Shown here one piece after another: positions 1 to 13,201 of a stretch of DNA of 64,000 nt. The translations under genes and the position numbers were made by a program. A model generated the notes under the pieces. The model searched no databases, was not told the origin of the DNA, and was given only the letters and a program-made list of their open reading frames with translations. Every line of letters starts with the position of its first letter. Positions within the stretch are counted from its first letter, which is position 1. Origin of the DNA: Octopus sinensis (taxonomy: Eukaryota); assembly GCF_006345805.1 (NCBI RefSeq), contig NC_043021.1, positions 23,932,001 through 23,996,000 on the forward strand. Direction: 5' to 3'.

Positions 1-1894
1 TGAAAAATACTACTACAAATTATCAATTGAAAATAGCTATATTTAAGCTATAATAGAACAAAGTCAACTATTAGAGATATTTATGAATATATAATATAGC
101 TTAAAAAACATAATAAATAAATATCCTTAACTCAGTTATAGTCCAAAAATTTAATTACCAAATTATTTAACTAAATAATCGTTATCCATATTTTAGATTT
201 AAGTACATATCTAATAAATATAAAATATTTAAAAATAATAACAAAATACTATCAACAAATATAGTGATAAAGACTAAAATTTATGCTATCAATAAATATA
301 TAGACATATAAAGAAAAATAAATTAATTAATTAATCTAATACTACTTACATAAATATTAAATATTAAATATTAATATAATATAATTATGAGATAAATTTA
401 AAAAATTAAAGATTAAAATCAAATTAAAGCAAGAAACCTAATTTTAAAAAATCTTATTACTATTAACGATCGATATATCTCTTTGGCTAAGTAAAATCTT
501 ACAAATAAACATAGAGTTAAAATCTAATAATTATATATATAACTTCGATAACTAAATCATTACAAAACAATCAGTATTTATATAGTATACAAAATAATAC
601 AATAAGACTTATTAAAATATTTAAAATTTTTACATTTTTAAATCTTAAATAGAAATAGGTTACTTAGCTTTCCAAGGCTTTGTAATGAACTAAAATTTTA
701 AAACGGAAAACGTCTTTTAAGCGTTTATAAGAATACTCGTGGAATTACGTTATTAACAAAAATAGAATAAATAGATGAAGAATTCTTTTAACAATGAAAA
801 ACTACGAATATATTTTATCAATGAAACTTGTAAATAAAAAATTGTCAATGGAAACATCTATGGTTTATCAATAAATGTAAATAGAATGAAGTCACAATTA
901 AAGAATAGAACCACTCTATACTATACGATTTATTATTAAAGTAACTACAATAAATTATACTTAATACTCAATAAATTAATAATTAATATAACTACTAATT
1001 ACTGTGTATACTCTAAAAATCTTATAAGATAGAATTAATTTATATAAAATAATAGTAACACCTCGACGTACGAGTAAATTCGTTCGCAGAGTCCGCTTTT
1101 ATTTTTAAGCAAAAACTCGTGAGCAGAACCTGGTGTCTCGTATGTATACATACGTATATACATGCCTACATTCATACATCCATACAAACATACAAGCAAA
1201 CATTTCGTTTTATCCATTTATTCTTTCTTGCCCTCTATACGTCTGTACATTAAATAAAATTGATTAAATAAACATCTAAATAAATCTACTTCAAAAATAT
1301 AGAAAATACATACAAATTGATTAATTTAACAAATTTATAACAAAAATATAACAAAATATAAACTTAACTCCAGTATACGATAAATATATATTTATATTAT
1401 ATATCATATTATTAATACTCAAAATAAATACTAATCAATAATAAATTAACCTAATTATATAGGTAAATTAATTTATCTATAGATCAAATACATTGTTTCT
1501 ATAATTGAATAAATTATCATTATAAAAAATATTACATAAAGAAAGAAAAAATTATTGTCCTATACATTCAAAATTAAAACCTTCATAAAATCTATATTCA
1601 TTAAAGCCATTAAATATTTAGTAATAAAATAAACATCTAAATATAATCTAACTTTAAGTAAATAAAGAACCTTTAATAACTATAATTGACAAATACAAAA
1701 CCTCATAAAGAATTGGAAACACTACACTACTATTATTAAGTAATATATTTATAAAATTATTAAAATATTAAATGATTTATTTAATATAACATATAAAATC
1801 ATGTAATAAGTATTATAAATCACATACTAAATTTTAGATAATACTAGTACATATATCTATAAATTAGGAATAAAATAGGGTTTAAATATAGTCA

Positions 1895-2572
1895 TTATTT
1901 ATCTAGAAATTTATTATATAAGTAAAGTAACTTGTGTCTGCATTCTATTTTACGCTCATCCAAAGTATTCACTAAATTATTATGATCATAAAATAAAATT
2001 TCTTTAAACTCAGAACACAAATAACAATAATTGCCTCCTATACTATATGATTTGGCCTTACTTATTATTTCCCACCTTAAATCATACTTAATACTTTGGG
2101 ATTTAAGCCCCCAAATGTATTTACTAAGTCCTGTTGAGTTAATTAGGTTTTTATTTTTAAATGAATGCATATGCTGTGCAATTCTTAATTTTATTTTAGA
2201 GGAAGTGGACCCTATATATATTGCGTTTAAGTTATTATTATTCCTATTATTCTCATTAATTAATGTAACTATACATTTATACACTACATCGTTTAAATCA
2301 CATTTATTATTAAATTTGCACTTAGTTTTATCTTTACATGTACAGTTAATGAGTGTCTTATCTTTATTATTATTGGTATTATTATAAAATTTATTTTTAT
2401 AAAAATTATTTAGTTTATATTTGTTAAAAGAAGAAATAATGTTACCTACACTATTAGAGGTAGAATAACCTACTCCAAAGTTATTACTAGAGAAAATGTT
2501 TTTATATTTACGATTAAGCATGGCCGCAGCTCTGAGCTGAAACAAGAAAAACGTAAAACGAAAATTGTTCAA
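1895..2572 (-). mobile_element. Penelope-like element fragment: RT-thumb/linker plus GIY-YIG endonuclease ORF (225 aa, RT core absent)
   Basis: KYKNIFSSNNFGVGYSTSNSVGNIISSFN matches the PLE thumb/linker. It is followed by the Cys-rich linker CTCKDKTKCKFNNKC, the GIY-YIG motif VVYKC...IYIGST...RIAQH, and the C-terminal CYLCSE...N...ECRH typical of PLE endonucleases. Confidence 0.8.
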
Positions 2573-2639
2573 TAATATCTAAAATCTCTTTAATAATGTT
2601 CGTTTTAACTTGAGCACCATAAGGAACAATTGACCAAAT

Positions 2640-2681
2640 TTTATTATTATTCTTCTTCTTATTATTATCACTATCATACTA

Positions 2682-2714
<33 letters not shown>

Positions 2715-2794
2715 CTTCTTCTTCTTTTCTTCTTCTTCTTCTTCTTCTTCTTCTTCTTCTTCTTCTTCTTCTTCTTCTTTTTCTTCTTTTTCTT

Positions 2795-2825
<31 letters not shown>

Positions 2826-2900
2826 TTATTATTATTATTATTATTAACATTATTATAATTAATCATATTATTATTACTATTATTATTATTACCATTACTA
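2640..2900. repeat. (TTC)n/(TTA)n compound microsatellite
   Basis: Direct reading; it generates the poly-K/R, poly-S and poly-L ORFs. Confidence 0.95.
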
Positions 2901-3113
2901 TTATTATATTTCTTTATAATATTATTAAAGTTAAATCTATAAATATAATTAACATTTAATGAATTAATATTAAAATTTGTCTTATTTTTAATTCTATTCT
3001 TATTTTTATGATTACTACAATTACTACTAATATAACTAACATCATTATTATAATTATTATTATATCTATCTATCTAAGAGCTTTGTGTTTCTCTATTTCT
3101 TATGTTCTAAAAG

Positions 3114-3253
3114 AACAACTAGCTGAATGCTATTCTCTTCTTCGAAAATTCGATTGCAAATTCTACACATGCTTGAATGAGAGATTAACTTGCACTTCTA
3201 CAATATTAGTGAAAAATCAGAGTCCTGTTTATTGTAAAAGACCAGGTGAAGAG
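3114..3253 (+). CDS. Stanniocalcin-like gene A, exon 2 (xQLAECYSLLRKFDCKFYTCLNERLTCTSTILVKNQSPVYCKRPGEE)
   Basis: Five Cys with C-x8-C-x4-C spacing, like the stanniocalcin N-terminal cysteines. Paralogous to 40681-40829. Putative phase-1 acceptor ttctaaaag| and phase-0 donor GAG|gtaaaa match the phase-0 acceptor of exon 3. Confidence 0.75.
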
Positions 3254-3459
3254 GTAAAATGATTTTTATGGGTTTTTTAGTGTGGCAATTTAAAGTTCTG
3301 ATTGAATGAGCGAGGAAATAGAAATGCAGAATGAGTAAAACAAGGACAGAAAGCATGCAGGCAAAAGCGAAATAAATCAAGAAAGAAAGAATGAAAGAAT
3401 AGCAAGAAAGAAAGCAAGAGAGAAAGAAAGGAAGAACGAATAGATAGAACAAAGATAGA

Positions 3460-3515
3460 CAGTCTGACAGATAGATAGATAGATAGATAGAAGAGAGAGA
3501 GAGAGAGAGAGAGAG

Positions 3516-3592
<77 letters not shown>

Positions 3593-3653
3593 CAGACAGA
3601 CGGACGGACGGACGGACGGACGGACGGACAGAGAGACAGACAGACAGACAGAC

Positions 3654-3737
<84 letters not shown>

Positions 3738-3773
3738 GGACGGACGGACGGACAGAGAGACAGACAGACAGAC

Positions 3774-3850
<77 letters not shown>
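3460..3850. repeat. (GATA)n/(GACA)n/(GACG)n compound microsatellite
   Basis: Direct reading; the paralogous tract lies at 41030-41130. Confidence 0.95.
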
Positions 3851-4378
3851 TAAAAGATACAAATTTCGTCAAGGTGACTTAAAGTAATAGATATGCACTC
3901 TGAGTTCTCAATTTGGTATGTCATTAAAATTCCAGTTTGAATTGCCGTTAAACATGCGATTTTGTGACTGTCTTGCTGAAGCGGCTAGAAGTGACTTTCC
4001 ATTGAGCCGGTAGGTATAGATTAAAACAAATAGGAAAGGCAAACGGTTTGACAAGACTTGACAAGGACATTTAATTTGTCCATGGATTTACCTAATGAAT
4101 ACATATTTTAGTTGGATTTCTCCTCCTTTTTTAGACAAAATGAACTACAATAATATCATTGATTAGTAATGTTTCTCCACTCTGTTTAACCTCTCCCTCT
4201 CGGCCTATGGAATTCTCGCTCGACGCGATGGTCCTGTAGCTGGGATATACCAGAAACAAATGTTAAAAACCATGTACACCGCTTTATAATATGGCTAAAT
4301 TCAATGTCTTTGCCAAGTCTTGCCTAGCCATTTGCCTTTCAATTCTGTTTTAATATAGATAGATAGATAGATTGAAAA

Positions 4379-4442
<64 letters not shown>

Positions 4443-4699
4443 GCAGACGGATAGAAGACAGATAGAAAAAATAAGCAGGCATAGAGTTAGATAGATACAT
4501 CGATAAACATACAACCAGACAGCCAGACAGCTGGTTAGCTTGCAAGCAAGATATATAGATAGACAGGCAGACAGACTGGACATAATTATTCTGATGTTTA
4601 CTTATACATCTAGATATAAACTAAATAACTAAAATTATTTCTTTTTGCATGTAAATTTCCAATTTTATGAATCTTAGTTATATATATATATATATATTT

Positions 4700-5022
4700 G
4701 TGACCCCTTTCGATCAGACACTGACCATGGGCTTGCACCTAGAGAGTTACCCTCTGAGCCACAAGTCTGGGCAAGGTTGTTTTTATGGAAGACCAGCAGT
4801 CGCCCACGCATACCGGCCTCCCCTCTCCACGTCACCAGTGTTATCCAAGGGAAAGGCAAGGGCCGATACAGCTTGGCACCTGTGACGTCGCAACTCACTT
4901 CTACAGCTGAGTGAACTGGAGCAACGTGAAATAAAGCGTCTTGCTCATGAACACAACACGCAGCCCAGTCTGGGAATCGAGCTCACAATTTCACGATCGT
5001 AAGCTCGACACTCTAACCACTA
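4700..5022 (-). mobile_element. tRNA-derived SINE
   Basis: Minus-strand head AGTGGTTAGAGTGTCGAGC...GAGCTCGATTCCC (A/B boxes) and body shared with other copies in the window. Confidence 0.8.
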
Positions 5023-5054
5023 TATATTTATTTATATATGTATATATATATATC

Positions 5055-5088
<34 letters not shown>

Positions 5089-5193
5089 ATTATATAATCA
5101 ATCCAAACATGATCAAACAAGAAAAAACAACAACGCGAGGACGTGGAATAGAGTGCTTTTTGCACGCTCAGGAAAGGAAAAAAGAGAACGAGG

Positions 5194-5228
5194 TAATCAC
5201 GTTTCGAGCGGAGCTCTTCATCAGATTA
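5194..5228 (-). ncRNA. Minimal type I hammerhead-like motif, probably inactive (H17=G)
   Basis: UAAU-CUGAUGA-A-GAGC UCC GCUC-GAAACGU-G-AUUA: stem I, core, stem II and palindromic ACGU stem III are present. Confidence 0.55.
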
Positions 5229-5592
5229 TATAGAAAAGTCCAAAGAACGGAAGACGGAGAAAGAAAATCGCCAACGCACACACGCGGTCACACACACGCG
5301 CGCACACACACACACAAATATATATAACTAATAAGTTTAAAAGAAGGATTCAATGGATATAAATTAATTTATCAATTTATTAACATTGCCTACCATCGTT
5401 TCACTTCATACCGATTTTAAATTACAAACCATATATTAATAATACAAGTTTGCATTTTGAGTTCCCTGAGTGGAAGATCTTCAAGGCAAAATGGACATTA
5501 CAGAGTGTATATTTTGATCAGTTGAAATACTCCAACAGACTAAAGTTAAAAGCGTGTGTGTGTGCATGCGTTAATATTTTTATTTAATTTAA

Positions 5593-5623
<31 letters not shown>

Positions 5624-5743
5624 AATAATAATAATACCAATAACAATAATAATAATATATAGTAGTAGTAGTAGTAATAATAATAGTAATAATAATAATA
5701 ATAGTAGTAGTAGTAGTAATAATAATAGTAATAATAATAATAA

Positions 5744-5784
<41 letters not shown>

Positions 5785-5803
5785 ATAATAATAGTAATAA
5801 TAA

Positions 5804-5844
<41 letters not shown>

Positions 5845-5869
5845 ACAATAATAATAATAATAATGATAA

Positions 5870-5915
<46 letters not shown>

Positions 5916-5959
5916 GTAATAATAATAATAATAATGATAATAATAATAACCATAAATAC

Positions 5960-6481
5960 CCTGATGCAGTACCAGGCAGTGGCTCTCATGGCTTCTGATC
6001 TTAACTGATCAGGAAGTGTTATCATGTACATTGTTTTGTCTTGGTATAAAAGATGGGCTACAGCAAATATTCTGCTCAATACCACAGATTTGCTTGTCAG
6101 TTGTTTGACCTTAACCAGATGAGCATGTCCCACAGTGGCTGACGATAAGTGCATCTCTGATCACGAGCAGAAGTAGTGGGGAGCATCATAGCCATATGTT
6201 GAGAGGGATTCTTTGGGGTTTGAATAATTTACCTCTGGAAACATGGATGGTTCTTTCAACATCCTTAAACAACCCTTATTCAGGGACCTTTTGAGCGGGA
6301 TGGGCTACTCAACCTGAAGAAAATTCTAACTGGGCCCCACCTGCAAGGTCATGTGCTGTTTATCTCGATATGAGATCACCATGTCGCGCACATATGGTTG
6401 TGATGCATGTGCCTTGTGTACCCTTATCAGACGGGTAGTCATGATGGGTATATTGGGCTTCGTATATTTTACCCCAGTGTC
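5960..6481 (+). mobile_element. Unclassified retroposon-like repeat embedded in (AAT)n; further copies at 50338-50420 (+) and 61770-62522 (-)
   Basis: About 500 bp near-identical to the reverse complement of 61790-62520. Copies are flanked by AAT/TAG tracts. Confidence 0.75.
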
Positions 6482-6506
6482 AATAATAATAATAATAATA
6501 ATAATA

Positions 6507-6545
<39 letters not shown>

Positions 6546-6984
6546 ATTAAAGTATATAAGAATAAAACTAAAGGATAAACTTAAAGATTGGTAATAAATA
6601 AGGAAAATAGCGAAATATTGTATTAATATTAAAATAAAATGAAATAAAAATAAAATAAATGTTTTTTTCCAAAATATGGCTATGAATGATCCATTTTGGT
6701 ATATGTATGGATGTATGTCCATGTATTTATGTGTGCTCGTATGTGTATATACGTATGTTTAAAGCGCCTAAGTTTATTTATGTGTTCGTATGTGTGTATG
6801 TGTGTCGACATAAGGTTATTGAAAACAAGTATGGATGTCATCGTTTTTGCATGAGTGTGTGCGTTTATAGATCCTTACTGCTTCAGTCGCTTTATTAGTG
6901 CGTGTGTATGTATATTAGTAAAAGCTAATCGAATATTTCTATAACTATATATGCATTTATAGGTTCTAGGCATCCGGTGATTCT

Positions 6985-7660
6985 CGAGGGATCCCCCACC
7001 AAGTGTCACCTGTCCCTGAAACCAGGCCACATTAAAAGAAACTGTCCCCAGGACCAAGGTAAGGTAATGGAACAGTTAATAAAAGTAGTACCCACTGCTC
7101 CTCCTTTGGAGTGAGAGATGGAGGCAGTTGAAAAAAGGAAAAAAAAGAATATGTGAGCAACAATGGTTGCCCACCGTAGGATCCTAAAGCTGCGGGAGGA
7201 AGGGAAGATCCTCCGGATAAAGCGGAGGTACCACACCCTCCTGTAGCACAAGGGAGGAAGAAAAACAAAAAACAAAGAATGTGACATTGCCGATGGTTGG
7301 CAGTGCACTGCCAGCATATCCAGAAACCTCGTCGGTAGTAATTGTGCCACCGACGGAGGAAACTGTGGCTCCTCCCAGTGTGTTGACGGATGATTTAGTG
7401 ATCTTCTTCCATAAGGGAGGGCAATTCAGAGCTTCTTAAGGAAGCTAGAGGGCCGGAGGGTGGGCACCTTGCTCTGGACTGAAGACCCGGATTGGCCTCC
7501 GCAGGTAACTGCGGAGGTTCTAACGGACGTTGAAATTTATAGGGTGATGGACTCCTTTCCGAAGGACCAGTATAGGTTTGCTTTTGGCACAGCGACCTGG
7601 AACTACAGGATTGCCTGCAGGGGGCATATGGTCTGGTCGAAGATAAAGGATAAGAGGCCT
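6985..7660 (+). mobile_element. Degenerate LINE ORF1/gag-like fragment with zinc knuckle
   Basis: KCHLSLKPGHIKRNCP is a CX2CX4HX4C knuckle with one Cys lost; stops and frameshifts follow. Confidence 0.5.
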
Positions 7661-8459
7661 TAGTGCCTCAATTTTTATTGTTATATTGTTTGTATTCTTC
7701 GGTAAGAGGCCCAGCGCCTCGATTTGGTAAGAGACTTAATACATCATTTTGTTTTGTTTTGTTTTCTTTTATTAAAAAGAACAATGTTTTCGAGAATGCA
7801 ACAATGGGCGGAAGTTGCTTGATTCTCCCATCCACCATTTCTTTCATTTCCTCATCATCGTGGCCTCGTCCACCCCGCAGCTACTCCTTCTGTGCAATGC
7901 CTTTATGGCAAATCCAATGAAATAAAGTAGTTTGTTTCTCACTCCCACGGTCTCAGGTTCGGTCCCACCGCAGGACATCTTGGATGGGCGTCTTCTACAA
8001 TGTCCCTGTGTTGATCAAAGTCTTGTGGGTTTGTGTGTGTTTGAGTCCCCCCCCTCCACCGCTCAGCAACCAGAGTCGCTTAGTTTACTTCTCCATAACA
8101 TAACAGTCCAGTAAAAGAGACTGATAAAGTGGCAGGATTAAAAAAAGTACAGGAGTTGGTTCGTTTCACTAACACCTTCAAGGTGATGCCCTAGCATCAT
8201 GATCCCACTCTGCTGACTGAAAGAAACAAAAAATAAGAAAATGCGAGTATATTACAGACATATATAGGCGTGGCTGTGTGGGAAGAAGATTGCTTCCCAA
8301 CCACATGGTTCCGGGTTCAAACCCGCTGCGTGACCTCTTCAGCAAGTGTCTTCTACTATAGCGTCATGCCGATCAAAGCCTTGTGAGTGGATTTGGTAGA
8401 TGGAACTGGCCACAATCAAATGACTAAAAGAAGTAAGTAAAAAAATGAAAGAAGAGATC

Positions 8460-8515
<56 letters not shown>

Positions 8516-9028
8516 GTGTGTGTGTGAATGTTTGTGTATGTATATACATTTTCATTTTGTTTTCTCTTTGTAGTTTCAGCTCAGAGCTGTGGCCATGCTG
8601 GGTCACTGCCGTTATAAATACTTAAAGCACCAAACAAAATGCATTCCCTGTCTTCTTTCTCTCTACATACATCATAAGTTCAAATCCTGCCCAGATCAAC
8701 TTATATCTATTTGGTCGAGAAATTAACCTGCATCACAAATACTAGAGTCGATGGCATTGATTAACGCTCTACCACAAATTTGTTGGTCTTGTGTCTAAGT
8801 TGGAAGTCATTCTAACAATTATTAACCTTTTTATTTTTTTATCTTTTGACCTCCTACCATCTTGCCGAAATCAGCTAAGCTGCCAAAGGGCTTAATCTGA
8901 TTTCTTATCCAATTTCTGAAAAGAAATTTTGTAATCTTTACTTATTGTAAATCGATGAAAAAATACTCGATGTAAATTGGATCAATAGATTTATTATTAT
9001 TATTAATTATTAATCTCTCTCTCCCTCC

Positions 9029-9074
<46 letters not shown>

Positions 9075-9133
9075 TACGAGAGAGACTTATAAACAAATTC
9101 CTTTTTCAATGAGAGTTTTCTAAATTTTTTCAG

Positions 9134-9360
9134 ATAGGTTTCTGGATGGAAGGTATTGTAGAATGCTACATGAATAAACTGAGAAATATATACGCACGTG
9201 AAACAATCACTAGTACATATGTTGACAAAGCTTTATTAGATATACAAATGGAGTGTTACGTGGAAGAGGCTTTCTGCACAGTTGGCTGGGCAAACCGTGA
9301 TTCAATTTTTCAGTTTTTCAAGAAAGCTAAGACTAATCCCGTGTCAAAAATTCACAATGC
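9134..9360 (+). CDS. Stanniocalcin-like gene A, exon 3 (IGFWMEGIVECYMNKL...DIQMECYVEEAFCTVGWANRDSIFQFF...KIHNA)
   Basis: Acceptor ttttttcag|, donor GC|gtaagt (phase 2), 227 nt. QxECY-x5-C-x5-N matches stanniocalcin QEECYSKLNVCSIAKRN. Paralog at 46097-46323. Confidence 0.85.
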
Positions 9361-10516
9361 GTAAGTAACACATAGTCACATTTTTTTGCCGTGTCTTTGT
9401 GGTTGTTATTGTTATTGGCGTTATGTCACTGTAGTCCAGCTATGATCAAAGAAACACCTTTATGGCGTTCGTGTAATCGATTGGACGACATGTCCTGATA
9501 TATAGTTAAATTGTTTCGGATATCTAGATAGATATTTAACTGGATGACATACAATAAAGCATCACCTTCCACATGCAGTCACACGATGAATCGTTGAACG
9601 GCAATTTGAGCTCTTTAGTGTCCAGATTTATTCTTGTACACTCGCAGATTCTTACACCTGCAGATGGCCAGAACAGTGTCAGGTGAGACGAGACCAAATT
9701 TGCTGCTAAACATGAAAAAAAATTATCTTCAAACGTATACAGCATTACCTCAAAGTACAATATGATTACGGAAACTGTATTTTCTAATCACCCATGATGA
9801 ACATAAGTAATTAGTTGCTGTGTAGTACCGGTGGAAGTAGATATACTCATGGTGGTAGTAGCAGTGTCGGTGGCAAGATATAGTATTGGTGATGGTGATG
9901 GTGGTGGTGGTGGTGATGGGAGTGGTGATGGAAGTTTTGATGTTAGTGCAGGTTGCATTGATAGTGGTGGTGATGATGGGAGAACTGACGGTGATGGTAT
10001 TATAGAGAGGATGGTTGCAATAATGTTAATGGTGGTGGTGATGGTGGTGGTAGTGGTGATGGTATTGATAGGGGTATTGGTGTAAAAAATGTTGGCGTTG
10101 ATGGGGTGGTGATGATGGGGTAGTGATGGTGGTGTTACGGGTATAGTGCTGGTGGTATTGATGATTGTGTTATAATGGTATTGGTGTTAGTTGTAGTAGT
10201 ATTGATGCTGCTGATGATTGTGGTATTCGTGTTAGTGGTGGCGGTATTAAAGTTGTTAGAGATGGTATTTGTATTGTTGGTATTCAAAATATCTTAGCTT
10301 CCTCCTGTTGGGGCTTGTTTGTTCCTTTGTGATGAAACCCGTGTTTTTCGGCCCTCCTCTTTTCTCCTTTCACCAATCATTTGACCTTGCGTCTCTAAGC
10401 CAGAAGCCACTAATCACAAGCGCAAGCGCTTATAAACCATTTTAATTTTCATCGAGAGCTTTCTAATCTTTTCAGGTAATTTCTTTCAGTGCTTCAGTAT
10501 TCCAAGGTATTTTTAT

Positions 10517-10920
10517 ATGAGTGGCTGTGTGGTAAGTAGCTTGCTAACCAACCACATGGTTCCGGGTTCAGTCCCACTGCGTGGCATCTTGGGCAAGTGT
10601 CTTCTACTATGGCCCCGGGCTGACCAATGCCTTGTGAGTGGATTTGGTAGACGGAAACTGAAAGAAGCCTGTCGTATATATGTATATATATGTATGTGTG
10701 TGTGTGTGTTTGTGTGTCTGTGTTTGTCCCCCTAGCATTGCTTGACAACCGATGCTGGTGTGTTTACGTCCCCGTCACTTAGCGGTTCGGCAAAAGAGAC
10801 CGATAGAATAAGTACTGGGCTTACAAAGAATAAGTCCCGGGGTCGATTTGCTCGACTAAAAGGCGGTGCTCCAGCATGGTCGCAGTCAAATGACTGAAAC
10901 AAGTAAAAGAGTAAAAAGAG
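10517..10920 (+). mobile_element. SINE (family also at ~8265-8450, 17728-18130 + and 18160-18545 -)
   Basis: Head GGCTGTGTGGTAAGTAGCTTGC...CCGGGTTCAGTCCC and (AAGAGT)n-like tail; multiple copies in the window. Confidence 0.85.
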
Positions 10921-10997
10921 AGAGATATCTACTAAAATGTGGTGTCAGCATTATTTTCATTTTTGCGTAAATTATACGGCATTTTATTCACCGAACC

Positions 10998-11032
<35 letters not shown>

Positions 11033-11734
11033 CGTTTTAAAAGTGCCGATCGAGAATTCTTAATAGAGACGCGTCAGTTTCGGTAATTTCCGTTGCCTCG
11101 TCACTTAGGACAGCCATCTTCGGCTCTTTCTGGATTGGCTTTGCTAATAGTATGTATGCTTTCGTCATTCAAATAATTGGATGATTTAAAGATTAGTTAA
11201 TGTGTTTATACAAAATTGATATAAACAGTATTTTGCAATGCTTCATGAAAAAGGAAAACTACAAATGTCACTGAATGTGACTAGGGTGTTAGGAAGCACC
11301 TACATTGCTAGAATTAAGAGTTAAACTGCTCTAAAATGTGACAACGAGTGCAAGGAGCATCAGACTTGCTACAAATAAGAGTCAAATAAGTCTTTACCCA
11401 CAAAAGCATACTTTTATTTACTGGCAGAGGAGATGACCCCCACCCACTGCAACTGAGGTGCCATTAGATTGGCATGCTAATTTCGCATGAAATTTAGTGC
11501 CCAGCAGCAATGGTCACTCCGTAGCGGGTGGCGAAGCTGATTTCTACCCTGTCAGTATATATAGATTTTATCACAGATATCAGTGGCTAATTCCGCAAAG
11601 TGGTAATTTGAAAATTATAGAATAATTAAGGTGGCTAGACGCAATTCAAAACCAAAAAGGAAATAATTCAGCGCCACTAAAATGAAAAGGGGTACAGGGC
11701 GAAACAGTATTGCTAGAAAAAGAGTCAAAGAACT

Positions 11735-11825
11735 CATCTACGGCCGTTTCAGGGGTACAAGGAATGTATGAATGGCGTTGTAAGTATTCAAAATACATAA
11801 ACATAATGCCCCTCTCATCAGGATG
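11735..11825 (-). ncRNA. Type I hammerhead ribozyme fold
   Basis: CAUC-CUGAUGA-G-AGGGG...CCCCU-GAAA-CGGCCG-UA^GAUG: 4-bp stem I, canonical core, palindromic stem III. Confidence 0.75.
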
Positions 11826-12151
11826 GTTTTCTTTGTAATGAAATCCTATATAGTTATAATTCGATAGACGAAAACAATGGTGATATCGTTTACCTGAATT
11901 TAGCTGAATCTGTATATATTTAATTTATCTACCAGTTGATCTACATATTTGTCCCTGAATTTTTTAATTTTGAACTCTCATCTGACATTTCGTATAAACA
12001 TCAAATTATTAAGCGATTCTATCATTTTCTTTTGGAAGCCCTTACCTCGAATTTTTATCTATTTATTTGTCACTCCTACATTCGTGTATGATCATAGATT
12101 TCGCATATGACTTTTACATGTAATTTTGTTCACTGATTTTAAATTTATATA

Positions 12152-12205
<54 letters not shown>

Positions 12206-12257
12206 ATGAAAAAATAAGTAATAGAAAATGGTAAAATAATTTTTATAAAGAACATTT

Positions 12258-12295
12258 CAGTACCGGTTTCAGTCATTTTGAGACCTTCTCAGCTG
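12258..12295 (-). ncRNA. Minimal hammerhead motif in Penelope pLTR fragment (core CUGAGAA)
   Basis: CAG-CUGAGAA-GGUC UCAAAAU GACU-GAAA-CCGG-UA^CUG. The surrounding 12210-12410 is homologous to the 3' end of the Penelope at 32870-33090. Confidence 0.6.
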
Positions 12296-12489
12296 TAACG
12301 ATTAAATAATTAAATTTAGAAAAATTAAAAGAAATCTTTTTTTAAAGGAATATTTGTATAGTGTTCAAATATAAGTGGCATTTTCCTTGTTTCTGCCTTG
12401 CTCTGTTCTCTTTATATATATATATATATATAGAATATATATATATATAATATATATATATTATATATATTATAATATATATATATATA

Positions 12490-13201
12490 GATAATAGTTA
12501 TCGCCAAACTAATATGGCATTCTTATAAAAATAAGAATAAAGCCGTCCGCTTATTAGCTCCATGAGGCCATCGCCTTAATTAGCTATTTGATACACAAAC
12601 TGTATCCATATAACCTTCGAACAAGGGAGGTCAGTCGCTCCACACTACTTGTTCGAAGTTATATGGATACAGTTTGTGTATCAAATAGCTAACTTAAGGC
12701 GATGGCCTCATGGAGCTAATAAGCGGACAGCTTTATTCTTATTTTTATAAGAATGCCATATTAGTATGGCGATAACTATTATTTTCCGGGAACGCTGCCG
12801 CTGTTCTCTTTTAGAGAGACTTAGTAATTTTAATATTTCTATTATTGAAAACAAGTGGATGTATTCCACCGAAACTAGGTAAATAAAACCATCGAACAGA
12901 GATTGTCAGAAGCGACACCTACTGGCTGGCTACGCTGCATTGAAAAGGGGCAATACCCCGAAACGCGTCTGTAGCTGCCGGTCAAGTAGTGTGGAGCGAC
13001 TGACCTCCCTTGTTCGAAGGTTATATGGATACAGTTTGTGTATCAAATAGCTAACTTAGGCGATGGCCTCATGGAGCTAATAAGCGGACAGCTTTATTCT
13101 TATTTTTATAAGAATGCCATATTAGTATGGCGATAACTATTATTTTCGGGAACGCTGCCGCTGTTCTCTTTTAGAGAGACTTAGTAATTTTAATATTTCT
13201 A

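Larger units (their letters stand above)
1..3070. other. Extremely AT-rich block (degenerate or foreign-composition DNA) preceding gene A exon 2
   Basis: Sampled lines have roughly 10-20% GC, and the SINEs that fill the rest of the window are absent. Homology to the gene B intron 1 only starts at ctaagagctttgtg (~3074 vs ~40650). Confidence 0.7.

Noticed and set aside
660-1120. Possible decayed pogo/Tigger transposon (FQGF-like codons, TIR-like cctcgacgtacgag)
   Set aside because: Too degenerate to support by eye.
1-3070. Mitochondrial insertion (NUMT)
   Set aside because: No recognisable mitochondrial protein, rRNA or tRNA; the only clear ORF is Penelope-type.
9435-9498. Alternative nearby exon 4 (PAMIKETPLWRSCNRLDDMS*), also at ~46398
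   Set aside because: Weak polypyrimidine tract and near-identity to the paralog like the surrounding intron. The exons at 18875 and 49649 have better acceptors, conserved W/C and a homologous 3'UTR.
9831-10260. Gly/Asp/Val-rich ORF (also 46793-46993)
   Set aside because: It is a GGT/GAT low-complexity tract whose frame is not conserved between the two copies.
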